Part shown: positions 38,020-48,205 of the stretch, in pieces
Numbering within the stretch: the stretch's first letter is position 1
How the letters are laid out: each line of letters starts with the position of its first letter
Origin: an uncultured virus (IMG/VR IMGVR_UViG_3300025009_000077)
Lineage: Duplodnaviria > Heunggongvirae > Uroviricota > Caudoviricetes
Strand: one strand, 5' to 3'
IMG/VR virus record: IMGVR_UViG_3300025009_000077
Coordinates: 1 to 64,000 of that record
DNA: 64,000 bases
Notes under the pieces: generated by a model
Seen by the model: the letters and a program-made list of their open reading frames with translations, nothing else
Database searches by the model: none
What the model was told of the DNA's origin: nothing
Made by a program: the position numbers and the translations under genes

Positions 38020-38745
38020 ATGGAAAACAAATTTTTACCAGAAGTGGAGATTAAGAATCTACCTTCTAAAAAACTATCTTACCCAGAAGCTACTAGGATT
38101 TATTATAATCCTTATACATTGGGAGATTTACAAAAGATAAATAACTCTAATATGGATGCTGTACAATTATATGAATATCTTTTACAGGGTGTAAGGGCTA
38201 CTGGAATGGATAAATATGAATTAACTTTCTATGATGTTGTTTATATTGGATGGTTAAGAAAGATAGCAAGTCTTGGAACTCCTTTGTTTCAAATGCAAGC
38301 TTTCTGTCCTAACTGTGATTTAAAAAACTCGAGAACCCTAGAATTAAAAGATATGGATTTTGAGGATACTGAGATTCCTAAGATGCCTATAAGAATTAGA
38401 ATTAAAGAAACAGAAGTTTCTTTTAAATTTTTAACTATTAGGGATTACTTGGAGATATTAAAGTTAGATAAAATAAGAGATGTCATATATGTTTTTGCTA
38501 AACACGTGGATAACTTACCTTCGGGAGAAGCCTATAACTTAATATATAGCCTAGTAGGAGATGATGTAGAAAAAGTAGAATATATCAATAAATTACTTTA
38601 TCATGGATTATCTAAGATACCATTCAAATGTTCTGATTGTCATTTTGAATATCTTGTTAATCCTGCGAATTATGCGGAGGCAGAAATAACCAGACCCTTT
38701 CGTGGACAGGAATATGATATTAGAAATGAAATATCATTTGGCTAG
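38020..38745 (+). CDS. baseplate hub/tail assembly chaperone (gp26-like)
   Basis: LPS, P.T..D, LR..S.G, CPNC, CSDC. Confidence 0.7.
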   Translation: MENKFLPEVEIKNLPSKKLSYPEATRIYYNPYTLGDLQKINNSNMDAVQLYEYLLQGVRATGMDKYELTFYDVVYIGWLRKIASLGTPLFQMQAFCPNCDLKNSRTLELKDMDFEDTEIPKMPIRIRIKETEVSFKFLTIRDYLEILKLDKIRDVIYVFAKHVDNLPSGEAYNLIYSLVGDDVEKVEYINKLLYHGLSKIPFKCSDCHFEYLVNPANYAEAEITRPFRGQEYDIRNEISFG

Positions 38746-38839
38746 AAATGAAGTAGCAGATATTGTAAATATTATGGATATACCTTATTCAGAAATATTA
38801 TATATGTGGGAATCCTTAATAAAAGAGAAAAAGAAATAG
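38714..38839 (+). CDS. small chaperone ORF (gp51/GT-like), absent from the ORF track, possibly reached by +1 frameshift
   Basis: MILEMKYHLARNEVADIVNIMDIPYSEILYMWESLIKEKKK* fills the gap before the tape-measure-like gene. Confidence 0.55.
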   Translation: MILEMKYHLARNEVADIVNIMDIPYSEILYMWESLIKEKKK

Positions 38840-38844
38840 GAATC

Positions 38845-41010
38845 ATGGCTTTAAACGAACCAAAAGAACCAATAAAGAATAATCCATTTTTGGATTTAAC
38901 ATCTTCAATGTCGAAGATGTTTTCTGGCATGGAACAAAGGGAGAAAGCCACTAATGATAAATTAGACAAACTTATAAAACAAATGGTTCTCTATTATAAA
39001 TTATTGGAGAATTCTTACAATAAAGATAAAGTTTCTAGTAAAAAGGGAAGAGAAGAGAGTCTTAATGACGATAAGGGATTTTTAAAGTTAATAGACCTCA
39101 TGACTAAGATAGACGGTAACTTTAAAAAAACTATGGATAGATATGTATCTGGACAGAGATTACAGTTAGAAGAGAAAAAAGAACTAGCTAAATTTGTACA
39201 GACTATGAAAGATGCTTTGTCGGATAGTCAAGAACAGATAGGAGTGCCTATAAAAGATATCTTGACTAATTTTAAGAAGATGGTTAAAGATGAGAAGATT
39301 AGTAATGATTTTAAATTAGACCTGTTTAGTTTTCTCAGAGATTATTCTGATGAGGATTTAGCTTTGAGCAAAGAACTCAAAGGATTGTTAGATAGTACTT
39401 TAAAGACGGGTAAAGTTAATGATGAGAAGATTGTAAATATTTTAATGGAGCTAGATAAAAATTTAGAATATTATGCAGAAAACGAGAAGGAATTTAAAAC
39501 TGCTACCTTTGCCCCTTATAAGAAATTAGATACTGATTTGAAAGAAGCTAACGTATCTTTAGAAGAGGTAGTTAGACTATTAACCGATAATCAAAGAAGT
39601 AATGATAAGATAGAAGGTTATCTGGAAGAACAGGGGGAAACTGGAGGCAAGGGAGGAAAAGGCAAAGATGAAGGGGGAGCAGTATCACATTTAGCTAGAG
39701 AGCTTAAAAAGACTACTGCTGATTTAGCAGATTTTGCAGTAGTAATGACAGGGAAAACCGCTGCTTTAGGCATGGCTGAAAATCCAATGTTAAGAGGAGC
39801 TAGTCCCGCTGTTTTCTCCTCTGCTGAAATGATGGGTAAAGGTGTTGGGGATATGGTAAAGAATTTTAATCCAGCTACAGATTTACCTAAATTAACCGCT
39901 GCTGCTGGAGCATTGGCTCCATTACTTCCTTATTTAGCGGGAGGAGCTCTAGTGGTGGGAGGAGGAATAGCTCTAAGTAATGCTACTAATACTGCTGGTA
40001 AGGGAATAGATGCCATGGCTAAAAGACAGGGCAAAACCCCAGCTCAAGTACAAAGTGAGTATACTGGAGTGGGTGCTGGAATTCTTAAGGGGTTAAAAGG
40101 GCTATTACCCACTAAAGGAAAAATAACAGATACTTTTAGTTCGCCTAGAGACTATGGAATACATGGTGCCCTAGATTTAGCACAGCCTTATGGAAGTCCA
40201 GTTAAATCATCTTTGGGGGGCGGGAAAGTTACAAAAATAGGAAGCGATAAACTTTCAGGTAACTATGTCTTTGTTAAAAATCCCAAAGGAACTACTGAAT
40301 CTTTTTCTCACTTAAGTAAACAGAATGTTAAACTCGGAGACATAGTACCTACTGGAGGGGTTGTAGGAGAGACTGGGACTACTGGTAGAGTTGTGGGAGT
40401 AGGAAAGGGTCAATCTGTTCTACATTATAAAGTAAGGGATACTTCTGGAAAAGCTATAGACCCCACAAAGGTAATTCCAGCCTATCAAAAGAATAAAAGT
40501 ACTGTTAGTTCATTGGGGGATAAATTATCCTCTGCTAGTCCGTCTATTTGGGAGCAAAGACAAAAATTTATGATGGATGCCAGTAACGTGGATACTACAA
40601 AATTAGCATTATCTAATAAAGGACAGGCAGTAGATACAACTAACTACGATAACTTTAAAAATAAATACAATATTAAGAACATAACTCAGGATAAAGATGG
40701 TAATTATAAAGTTTTAGCCTCCAATAAAACTACAGGAGAGATGAAGAGCTTAAACGCATCTGACGTATTAACTTACGATGTAGGGGGTCAAAATAAATGG
40801 GTGAAAAATCCTGCCGAGTTTTCAAACATAGGTAACGAAGTAGCTACTATGCCAGAACAAAAATCCATATCTCAGACAGTAGGAAATATAGCGGATAATA
40901 AAGCTCAGATGATACCTATTCCTCAGCCAGCTAAAGATAAATCAACTAGAAAATTAAAATCAGACAACGAATTACTTAATCATCATATAGATTATGGGGA
41001 TATAGCATAA
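38845..41010 (+). CDS. tape-measure-like protein with M23 peptidase domain
   Basis: Coiled coil, Ala/Gly hydrophobic stretch, HGALD...FSHL...VLHY; start moved to ATG 38845. Confidence 0.7.
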   Translation: MALNEPKEPIKNNPFLDLTSSMSKMFSGMEQREKATNDKLDKLIKQMVLYYKLLENSYNKDKVSSKKGREESLNDDKGFLKLIDLMTKIDGNFKKTMDRYVSGQRLQLEEKKELAKFVQTMKDALSDSQEQIGVPIKDILTNFKKMVKDEKISNDFKLDLFSFLRDYSDEDLALSKELKGLLDSTLKTGKVNDEKIVNILMELDKNLEYYAENEKEFKTATFAPYKKLDTDLKEANVSLEEVVRLLTDNQRSNDKIEGYLEEQGETGGKGGKGKDEGGAVSHLARELKKTTADLADFAVVMTGKTAALGMAENPMLRGASPAVFSSAEMMGKGVGDMVKNFNPATDLPKLTAAAGALAPLLPYLAGGALVVGGGIALSNATNTAGKGIDAMAKRQGKTPAQVQSEYTGVGAGILKGLKGLLPTKGKITDTFSSPRDYGIHGALDLAQPYGSPVKSSLGGGKVTKIGSDKLSGNYVFVKNPKGTTESFSHLSKQNVKLGDIVPTGGVVGETGTTGRVVGVGKGQSVLHYKVRDTSGKAIDPTKVIPAYQKNKSTVSSLGDKLSSASPSIWEQRQKFMMDASNVDTTKLALSNKGQAVDTTNYDNFKNKYNIKNITQDKDGNYKVLASNKTTGEMKSLNASDVLTYDVGGQNKWVKNPAEFSNIGNEVATMPEQKSISQTVGNIADNKAQMIPIPQPAKDKSTRKLKSDNELLNHHIDYGDIA

Positions 41011-41693
41011 TGAATATTTTCGATAGAGTTATAAATGATGATAGACTAAAGGTAAAATTAATACTACCAAAACAAACTGGAGGAGAACCAGACCAAGGTA
41101 ATGTTATTTTGGGGTATCTTGAGGGACCTTTTGATTTTCAAAACGAAGCTAACTGGTCTGACCAGTTATTCGGAAGAGAATATTCTACTAAAGCTAATCA
41201 ATGGTTAGCTAGGCTAGGAAGCGACATTCAAATATTGAATCACCTAGACACTACTCAGCAGTGGACTGGAGCCAATATACCTGTATTCAATCTTAGCTTT
41301 TATATCATAGCAACTAACAGTACTATTAAACCAACAGAGATAGTTAATAAACTATACCAAGCTATTTATCCAGAGAATTCTCCAGTATTAGGAGTTCCTG
41401 TAGCTGTTAAATATCATTGGGGGTACCAACCAGTCAACTTAGCACAATATGGTAATAATATAGGTATTAATAGGAAACCATTAAAAGGAACAGTGATATT
41501 GACTATAGGTCAATGGTTTAGAGCTATGAATCTTTTAATTAAAGGTTTTAGACCAGAATACTCCACTACCCTTACTCCTGATGGTCAGCCATATTGGACT
41601 AAACTTACAGTTACTTTAAGTCCTACCAGACTTCCCTACTATGATGAAATGCAGTCTATGTTTTTACAAACACCAAATATGGAGATACAATAA
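41010..41693 (+). CDS. baseplate/tube initiator (gp48-like)
   Basis: IGQWF, PDGQP..TKLTVTL; synteny. Confidence 0.5.
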   Translation: MNIFDRVINDDRLKVKLILPKQTGGEPDQGNVILGYLEGPFDFQNEANWSDQLFGREYSTKANQWLARLGSDIQILNHLDTTQQWTGANIPVFNLSFYIIATNSTIKPTEIVNKLYQAIYPENSPVLGVPVAVKYHWGYQPVNLAQYGNNIGINRKPLKGTVILTIGQWFRAMNLLIKGFRPEYSTTLTPDGQPYWTKLTVTLSPTRLPYYDEMQSMFLQTPNMEIQ

Positions 41694-42025
41694 TGTTTTT
41701 TGTCAACCCAGAATATATAAGTAAGGAGAGATATGATTTAGGAAAACTTCTTCCTTGGAAAGATGATAATTTTGACGTATTGGATTCTTATTTTTTAGAA
41801 AATTTTAAAAATCTTCCAGTAAAAGGAGTTTTTACTATAACCGTAGAAGAGGAAAGACCAGACTTAATATCGTATAGAATATATGATACTGTAATATATA
41901 CTCATTTAATAATGTTGTATAATAATATAATAGATTTATCAGAATTAAAAACGGGGAGATTGTTAAACTATTTTAGTGTATCTGACTTAGAATCTTTATA
42001 CTATAGTTTAAAAAGTCTTCAATAG
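41693..42025 (+). CDS. baseplate wedge LysM-like protein (gp53-like)
   Basis: EERPDLISYRIY...IMLYNNI. Confidence 0.75.
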   Translation: MFFVNPEYISKERYDLGKLLPWKDDNFDVLDSYFLENFKNLPVKGVFTITVEEERPDLISYRIYDTVIYTHLIMLYNNIIDLSELKTGRLLNYFSVSDLESLYYSLKSLQ

Positions 42026-42032
42026 GATAATC

Positions 42033-44087
42033 ATGATAGAAATTCAAGGACAATATATTTTTGATATGCAAGTAGGTAACTATAAGGATTTTATAGAATC
42101 CAGAGACCTTGTAGAATTTACTTTAATAGAGGAAGCAGGTAACACTCTTCCTAGTTTTGACTTGAAGTTCCGTTTTTCTATTCCAGAACTAAGAAGTTAT
42201 TTAATAGAAAATAATGTTATAAGAATAACTATAGGAAGTTCTGACGAGGATAAAGTCTCGATACCCCTAAGAATATTTAAAAAAGATTTACAGAATTACG
42301 GACAGAATAGATTTTATATAGAGATATCTGGATTCTACGATGCTTTAGGATATATGAAGGGAAGCCATACAGAATCTGTTACTTCTGACTCAAATACTGA
42401 AGTATCTGGATTTGGAGCCATAAAACAAGTAGTATCTAGGTTTTTCACTTTTGAAACAAATATAGATGGGGAAGATTCAGGATTACAAAAATGGTTATGC
42501 TGTAGAAAAAGTTATAGGGAATTTATAACCGATATTTGGTATAGGATGGGATTATCTAATAAGGCTATTCCTTTGGTAGCTATTACTAAGAACGGAGCAT
42601 TCAGATTATTTAATTCTGATACTCAAGTGAAAAGTAAACCCAAGTATAGGTTAAGTAACAGACCTGCAATTAACTCAAATGATATACGGATAAATGGTAC
42701 TCCAGAAATAACTAACGATGCTGGGGCAGTTAATAGTATGGTTCAAAATAGAATAAACAGGGTTTATGATATGATTAAGGGAGGTTATCAAGAGGTAAAG
42801 TTTACCCAATCCCCTATTATAGCCATGACCTCTGATTTAGATTCTTTTAATGTAGAAAGAAAAGATGGTTATGATTTTCTTTCTAACGATAATGTTTTTT
42901 CTGGATATTGGAATAACTATCTACATAATATATCAAGTTTGATTAACTTGTCGACTGCTAGATTAACCGTATCCTTTATTGGTAAATATATAGAGGATTT
43001 ACATGTTTTAGATATGGTAGAGTACCTAGAGGGTACCGATAGTAATATTAATATAACAGAGGGATTATATTCTGGGAAATATCTAATATCTAAAGTTGTT
43101 AGAACTATAGGAGAAAATAAAAATTTTCAAACTCATCTAGTTCTTACTAGAGAGTCTTTTAATGAATTAATTGATTATACTAGGGAGGTGAATAGCGTGT
43201 CTTTGGAGGTACAAGAGAATAATGATTATACACAAGCTATATCTAAAATAAATGATGTAATGAATCAAATAAAAGACTTATTATCCTTAAAAGGACTAAA
43301 ATTAAATTTACCTAATATAAGAATACTTGCTCAGGAGTTAGAAAGTTTAACCTCCACTTTATTTGGATTTGATGATAATGGAATTTGGATTAAGTTAGAA
43401 CATGTTTTAAGCTCTTTATCGGATAGTTTAATATTTGATATACTTAAGACTACCTTTGATTATTTATCGACTAGAGGAGAGACGGTATATCTTTCAGAGG
43501 ATAATTCTATCATATTAGAACTAACTTCAGGAACTTACGATAGTTTCATAGATATGGGTTATTTAGTTATACCTAATATGGGAGCTACCTCCTTGAAAGC
43601 AACCGAATATACTGCTAGTACCTTCGGGTGGTATGTACAGGATAAATTAACAGATACTGTAGAGACAGGAAATGCTAGTTTGAATAATCTTTTATTAGAA
43701 ACATTAGCATATCTTAAAGACGGAGCTATAATAAATCAACAGGATTCAGCAGTATTCAGAAGATATTGGGGCTCCTATAATGATATTAATATCAATGAAG
43801 ATGAATTAAAACAACTGTACAGTGATGAAAGCATAAGAAGATATATACATAAAATATTCGTTCCTAAAGGATATGTGTACATAGCCTATCCATCTTATAT
43901 GGAAGTAGGAACTGTTAGGGTTGATGGGGAAGACTATAAAGTTTATCTTCCAGACGAAGATATCGTGGATAAGAAAAGTTTTAAGGTTAATTATAAGAGT
44001 ATAAAAATAAATAACAAATATTACGATTATATAATATATCGTAGTAATGTAAAATTTTCAAACAAAATAACACTGGAGATAATTTAG
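42033..44087 (+). CDS. baseplate hub (gp27-like) with C-terminal extension
   Basis: YSGKYLISKV..T...F.T.L.L.R pattern; precedes the spike gene. Confidence 0.6.
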   Translation: MIEIQGQYIFDMQVGNYKDFIESRDLVEFTLIEEAGNTLPSFDLKFRFSIPELRSYLIENNVIRITIGSSDEDKVSIPLRIFKKDLQNYGQNRFYIEISGFYDALGYMKGSHTESVTSDSNTEVSGFGAIKQVVSRFFTFETNIDGEDSGLQKWLCCRKSYREFITDIWYRMGLSNKAIPLVAITKNGAFRLFNSDTQVKSKPKYRLSNRPAINSNDIRINGTPEITNDAGAVNSMVQNRINRVYDMIKGGYQEVKFTQSPIIAMTSDLDSFNVERKDGYDFLSNDNVFSGYWNNYLHNISSLINLSTARLTVSFIGKYIEDLHVLDMVEYLEGTDSNINITEGLYSGKYLISKVVRTIGENKNFQTHLVLTRESFNELIDYTREVNSVSLEVQENNDYTQAISKINDVMNQIKDLLSLKGLKLNLPNIRILAQELESLTSTLFGFDDNGIWIKLEHVLSSLSDSLIFDILKTTFDYLSTRGETVYLSEDNSIILELTSGTYDSFIDMGYLVIPNMGATSLKATEYTASTFGWYVQDKLTDTVETGNASLNNLLLETLAYLKDGAIINQQDSAVFRRYWGSYNDININEDELKQLYSDESIRRYIHKIFVPKGYVYIAYPSYMEVGTVRVDGEDYKVYLPDEDIVDKKSFKVNYKSIKINNKYYDYIIYRSNVKFSNKITLEII

Positions 44088-44088
44088 T

Positions 44089-44805
44089 ATGTTAGCTAAA
44101 CCTCTTATATGGCTTAAAGATAAAAATAGAAAGACATCTTCGTTTGAGGGAACTATAACAGACAATAATGACCCTTTAAAATTAGGTAGAGTTAGAGTTA
44201 GAGTTCCTCAGTATCACGGATTTGTAGGAACGTCTGAGTATATTCCAGACGACGACTTACCTTGGATAAATCAGGTACCCTCTTCATTTTTAGGCAATAG
44301 TACTAACTCTGGAATGTTTTCAGTACCAGATATAGGAACTAAAGTAACTGTTGAATATCCTACCTCAGACCCCTATTTCGGATATTATAAAGGAGGGGTT
44401 ACTTCTTTAGAAACTAGAACTACTGCCTTTGATGAGGACTACCCTCATTCTTATGGGTTTGTTGACCCTACTGGAACCACCTTTAGAATCAACAAACAAA
44501 AACAAACTTGGGAATTTTTACATCCTTCGGGTAACTATGTTAAAATTCATCAAGATACTACGATAGATATTTTTCAAGTCTCTGGTAATGTTTTGAGGAT
44601 GAATCCTGATGGAACCACCGATTTAATAACTACTGTATATAATATAACAGCTACCACTACTAATATATCGGGAGATGTCAACATAGGAGGAGCTGTTAAT
44701 GTTGTTGGAACTGTTACAGCCAATGATAATATTTCTAGTGGTAAATCTGGAAAAAGTCATATACACATCGACCCTCAAGGCGGTACAACTTCTCCCCCTC
44801 TATAG
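44089..44805 (+). CDS. baseplate central spike (gp5 OB-fold/gpV-like)
   Basis: DNNDPLKLGRVRVRVP, LPW, VP.IGT.V; C-terminal HIH...TSPP tip. Confidence 0.88.
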   Translation: MLAKPLIWLKDKNRKTSSFEGTITDNNDPLKLGRVRVRVPQYHGFVGTSEYIPDDDLPWINQVPSSFLGNSTNSGMFSVPDIGTKVTVEYPTSDPYFGYYKGGVTSLETRTTAFDEDYPHSYGFVDPTGTTFRINKQKQTWEFLHPSGNYVKIHQDTTIDIFQVSGNVLRMNPDGTTDLITTVYNITATTTNISGDVNIGGAVNVVGTVTANDNISSGKSGKSHIHIDPQGGTTSPPL

Positions 44806-44806
44806 A

Positions 44807-44822
44807 TTTATATTATATGTAG
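44807..44822 (+). promoter_or_regulatory. late promoter motif
   Basis: TTTATATTATATGTAG. Confidence 0.75.
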
Positions 44823-44845
44823 AAGTTTAACGAAAGAGAAAATAA

Positions 44846-45208
44846 ATGTTGTATTCTGATATAAATGCTAATGATTCCTACAAAAGACCTGAAGTTATAG
44901 ATTTAGATTCTGTAATTCAGAGTATTAGTAGTATAATAAAAACCAGAAAGACGGAAGTACTGTATCTTCCAGATTTTGGATTTGAGAGGGATGATTATCT
45001 TTTTGATGTTATAGATGATACAAATGCTATAATACTTTTTCAGGATATAGTAAATAATATAACTTTTTGGGATGATAGAGTATTGTTAGATATGAATATG
45101 TCTAGGGTTGTTACAGACATAGATAATAATGCTTATAAAGCTTTTATCTATTTCAAGATAAAAGGATTTACTGAAAAATTTTCAGTTGTAGAAACAGTTA
45201 GGGGTTAG
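44846..45208 (+). CDS. baseplate wedge gp25-like protein
   Basis: YSDI, SI..II.T.K.E....PDFG, W.DRV. Confidence 0.8.
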   Translation: MLYSDINANDSYKRPEVIDLDSVIQSISSIIKTRKTEVLYLPDFGFERDDYLFDVIDDTNAIILFQDIVNNITFWDDRVLLDMNMSRVVTDIDNNAYKAFIYFKIKGFTEKFSVVETVRG

Positions 45209-45217
45209 ATATATAAA

Positions 45218-47329
45218 ATGGTTATTAAATTAGATTCATTATCGTTTTCTCAGATATTTGATAGTTTGACTGAGTACTATAATAGTCAAGCCCAATCTCA
45301 GAAGTGGAAAGATTTTTACGAATCTTCTACAGGTAGGTTGTTAATAAGACTGTTATCAGCTTTTGCTTCATTTATATCTTATCTAGTTACCATAGCTAGA
45401 CGAGAGAACTATATTACTTATGCACAAAATAGAACTTCTTTGGTAGGAATATCTCAGAACTTAGGATATTCTGTAATCAGGGGTAAGAATGAGATAATAG
45501 AATTAAATATAATACCTAATACTACTGGATTTATTCCAGAATACACTCAAGTGGGAACTATACAAAACTTAGAAATCATAACAGTAGATAAAACACAATT
45601 AAATAAAAACGTAGCTTCCACTATCAAAGTATATATAGGTAATTTAAAAACAGAAGATTTGATAGTAGACACAGACAAATTGAAAGTTTTTAGATTTATA
45701 TCTGAAAATGTGAGTGATTACATAAGGATACTATTGAATGGAACAATAGTTCCTCTCAGTAGCAATCTTAAAGACTTATTTAACGATATGTATGTAGCTT
45801 TGTCTAATCCTCTAGGAGCTGTAGATGTTTCATACATACAAGAGGGTAGCTATTTATATTCTCCCTCAGATACATTAACGCTTCAGTACATAGAGTTAGC
45901 TACCGTATCTTATTCTCTATCAGATATTAAATTTGACTTTGGTTCCGTAACTTCAGTAACTAGTACTTTTCCATATATAGCTCCAGAGAGTAACGATAGT
46001 ATAAGGGTAAATGCTCCTTTGTATCACGAAACACAAGTACTTATAAGAGCTAGAAATGACTATTTGAAAGAATTTAGAAATTTAGGATATAACTTTGCAG
46101 ATACTAATAGTACTGATTTTTCTCCAGCTATAGTAAATTTGACTTATATTAAGAATGACTATACTATTATGACAGATGATGAGAAGTCTAGTGTTCTTAG
46201 TTCTTTGGATATAAGAAGGGCTATGGGAGTTCCTATGCCTAGAATATCAGACCCCAGACATTTTAAATTAGAATTGAATTTTAACTTAAGAAAGTATCTT
46301 AATAATGTAATAGCCATAACTGATGTAGAAAGTGATGTAGCTTCTTTAATGTCTGCTTATGAGAAATCTCTAAGTACTGAATTTGATTTAGAACAATTAG
46401 AACACGATATGGATAATTTTTCTTATATAAAAAGAACCAGAGTAACTGTTAATACCACAGTTAGAGACAATAGTACTAAATACAGATTGGGAGATTTCAT
46501 AACTCTCTCCCCAGATAACGGAAAAATATATATGGCTTCTGATTTTATACAACAATCGGGAGCTACAGAACCCGCTTGGTCTTATGTTGATGGAGATTTA
46601 ATTATAGATAATGGAATGACATGGAAATGTATACAAAGATACGGTAAGCTAGTTCCTACATGGTACCCTAGCAGATATTATAAATTGGGCGATTTAGTTC
46701 AAGGTACTTTAATAAATGCTTTATCTATAGATGTTATGTTTGAGCTTGTAGATATTGTTAAGTATTCTGGTTCTTCTATTCCTACATTTACTACCACACT
46801 AGGTGATTTTACCGAGGACAACGACATAATATGGGTATGTAAGACCAAGGTAGAGGGAGACCCAAACTGGCAAGCTAATCATCACTATCAAATAGGGGAT
46901 TCGGTGTTGTCTGGTAATTTCTCTTATGAGTGCGTAGGGTTTTTAGATTCTTCCAATAGTTCTTTACCCTTATTTAAAACCACAGATAGGTACTCTATAA
47001 TAGCTGTTAATAATTCTAGTCCGTATACTTTTACTGTTTCTGGAGATAAGACATCTCATTTTCTACCTAATGACGTAGTGAGGGTTCAGAGTTCTAACGG
47101 AAATGATGGATATTATAATGTTATTTCAGCTACAATATCTAGTGGTAACACCGTAGTACAAGTATCTAATCCTATTCCTACTAGTAATGTGGGAGGAGAT
47201 TTAGTTATGGAAGATACTCTTACTAAGGATGGAGGTATCCTTTGGAAGTACTATGATAGTGATAATATCTTATTCCAATATAATTGGAATGAATATATAA
47301 AAATTAAAACCAATGTAGCCATAGTATAG
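45218..47329 (+). CDS. baseplate wedge gp6/J-like protein with C-terminal CBM-like repeats
   Basis: W.DF..SS.G, A..R.S......LGY, ES.DSIR.NAP; W.....Y..GD repeats. Confidence 0.8.
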   Translation: MVIKLDSLSFSQIFDSLTEYYNSQAQSQKWKDFYESSTGRLLIRLLSAFASFISYLVTIARRENYITYAQNRTSLVGISQNLGYSVIRGKNEIIELNIIPNTTGFIPEYTQVGTIQNLEIITVDKTQLNKNVASTIKVYIGNLKTEDLIVDTDKLKVFRFISENVSDYIRILLNGTIVPLSSNLKDLFNDMYVALSNPLGAVDVSYIQEGSYLYSPSDTLTLQYIELATVSYSLSDIKFDFGSVTSVTSTFPYIAPESNDSIRVNAPLYHETQVLIRARNDYLKEFRNLGYNFADTNSTDFSPAIVNLTYIKNDYTIMTDDEKSSVLSSLDIRRAMGVPMPRISDPRHFKLELNFNLRKYLNNVIAITDVESDVASLMSAYEKSLSTEFDLEQLEHDMDNFSYIKRTRVTVNTTVRDNSTKYRLGDFITLSPDNGKIYMASDFIQQSGATEPAWSYVDGDLIIDNGMTWKCIQRYGKLVPTWYPSRYYKLGDLVQGTLINALSIDVMFELVDIVKYSGSSIPTFTTTLGDFTEDNDIIWVCKTKVEGDPNWQANHHYQIGDSVLSGNFSYECVGFLDSSNSSLPLFKTTDRYSIIAVNNSSPYTFTVSGDKTSHFLPNDVVRVQSSNGNDGYYNVISATISSGNTVVQVSNPIPTSNVGGDLVMEDTLTKDGGILWKYYDSDNILFQYNWNEYIKIKTNVAIV

Positions 47330-47411
47330 TCTCTTACCAAAGGTAAGAGATGTATAAAGGTTTTGACCGTTGAACCATCAATCAACGGTTTTTTATTTAT
47401 ATTATAGGTAG
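47330..47411 (+). terminator. two hairpins, T tract, then late motif at 47396
   Basis: TCTCTTACC/GGTAAGAGA; ACCGTTGA/TCAACGGT-TTTTT; TTTATATTATAGGTAG. Confidence 0.7.
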
Positions 47412-47440
47412 GAATTCGGGAGGGTGGATTTTATAAAGAC

Positions 47441-48148
47441 ATGTTTAATCATTCAATAAGAAAATGGATACCCGAAAATAGAAGAGAAGAAGAAACTATG
47501 CAACAATTTGCAGACTCTGTAGATTGGCTTCTTAGTGTTGATTATCCATACTCTGATAAATTAGCTCAAAGATTTTACTCTGTTAAGAGTAAATATAGAA
47601 GTTTAAAAGATATTCCTTTGGAGGATGTGTATTCTCTGATTAATGAATTTGGTTACGGGTATATAATAGATACTCTTTACTTAGAGGAAGAGTCAGTAAG
47701 GACATTTTTATCTTTTATAAATTTTATACATATCAATAAGGGGAGCAGAAAAGGTTTTGAGTTTGCTTTAAAACTTTTAGATATAGATTTTGAATTATCT
47801 GATTGGTATGAACAAACTCCAGTAGGAGAGCCTCATACCATTTCTTTGGATTTAGTATCTTTTAGCCCTACTAAAGTTAGAGGTTTTGAAGTTGTAGATA
47901 AGATAGTAAATTTTGCTAGGAATTATATTTATCCTATTATAAATAAACTTACCTTAGAATTCGCTTTAGACAAGTCTACATACTATATAGGAATTGCGAG
48001 TCAGGGTACGTTAATGTATACAGCTTATCCAGACACCGAATACCTTATATGGGACGTGTTTAACTGGGATGAGAAAAAATGGTATTTCGGAATAGATTTT
48101 ATGATTTGGGATATTTCAGATTGGGATACATCCAAATGGAATTGGTGA
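47441..48148 (+). CDS. baseplate wedge / tail protein I-like
   Basis: KGSRKG....L, DWYE...GEPHT; WD repeats at the C-terminus. Confidence 0.65.
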   Translation: MFNHSIRKWIPENRREEETMQQFADSVDWLLSVDYPYSDKLAQRFYSVKSKYRSLKDIPLEDVYSLINEFGYGYIIDTLYLEEESVRTFLSFINFIHINKGSRKGFEFALKLLDIDFELSDWYEQTPVGEPHTISLDLVSFSPTKVRGFEVVDKIVNFARNYIYPIINKLTLEFALDKSTYYIGIASQGTLMYTAYPDTEYLIWDVFNWDEKKWYFGIDFMIWDISDWDTSKWNW

Positions 48149-48205
48149 GCGGACGGTTTTTATATATATATTATAAAAGTTATTTACATATAGAGGATAC
48201 AAATT

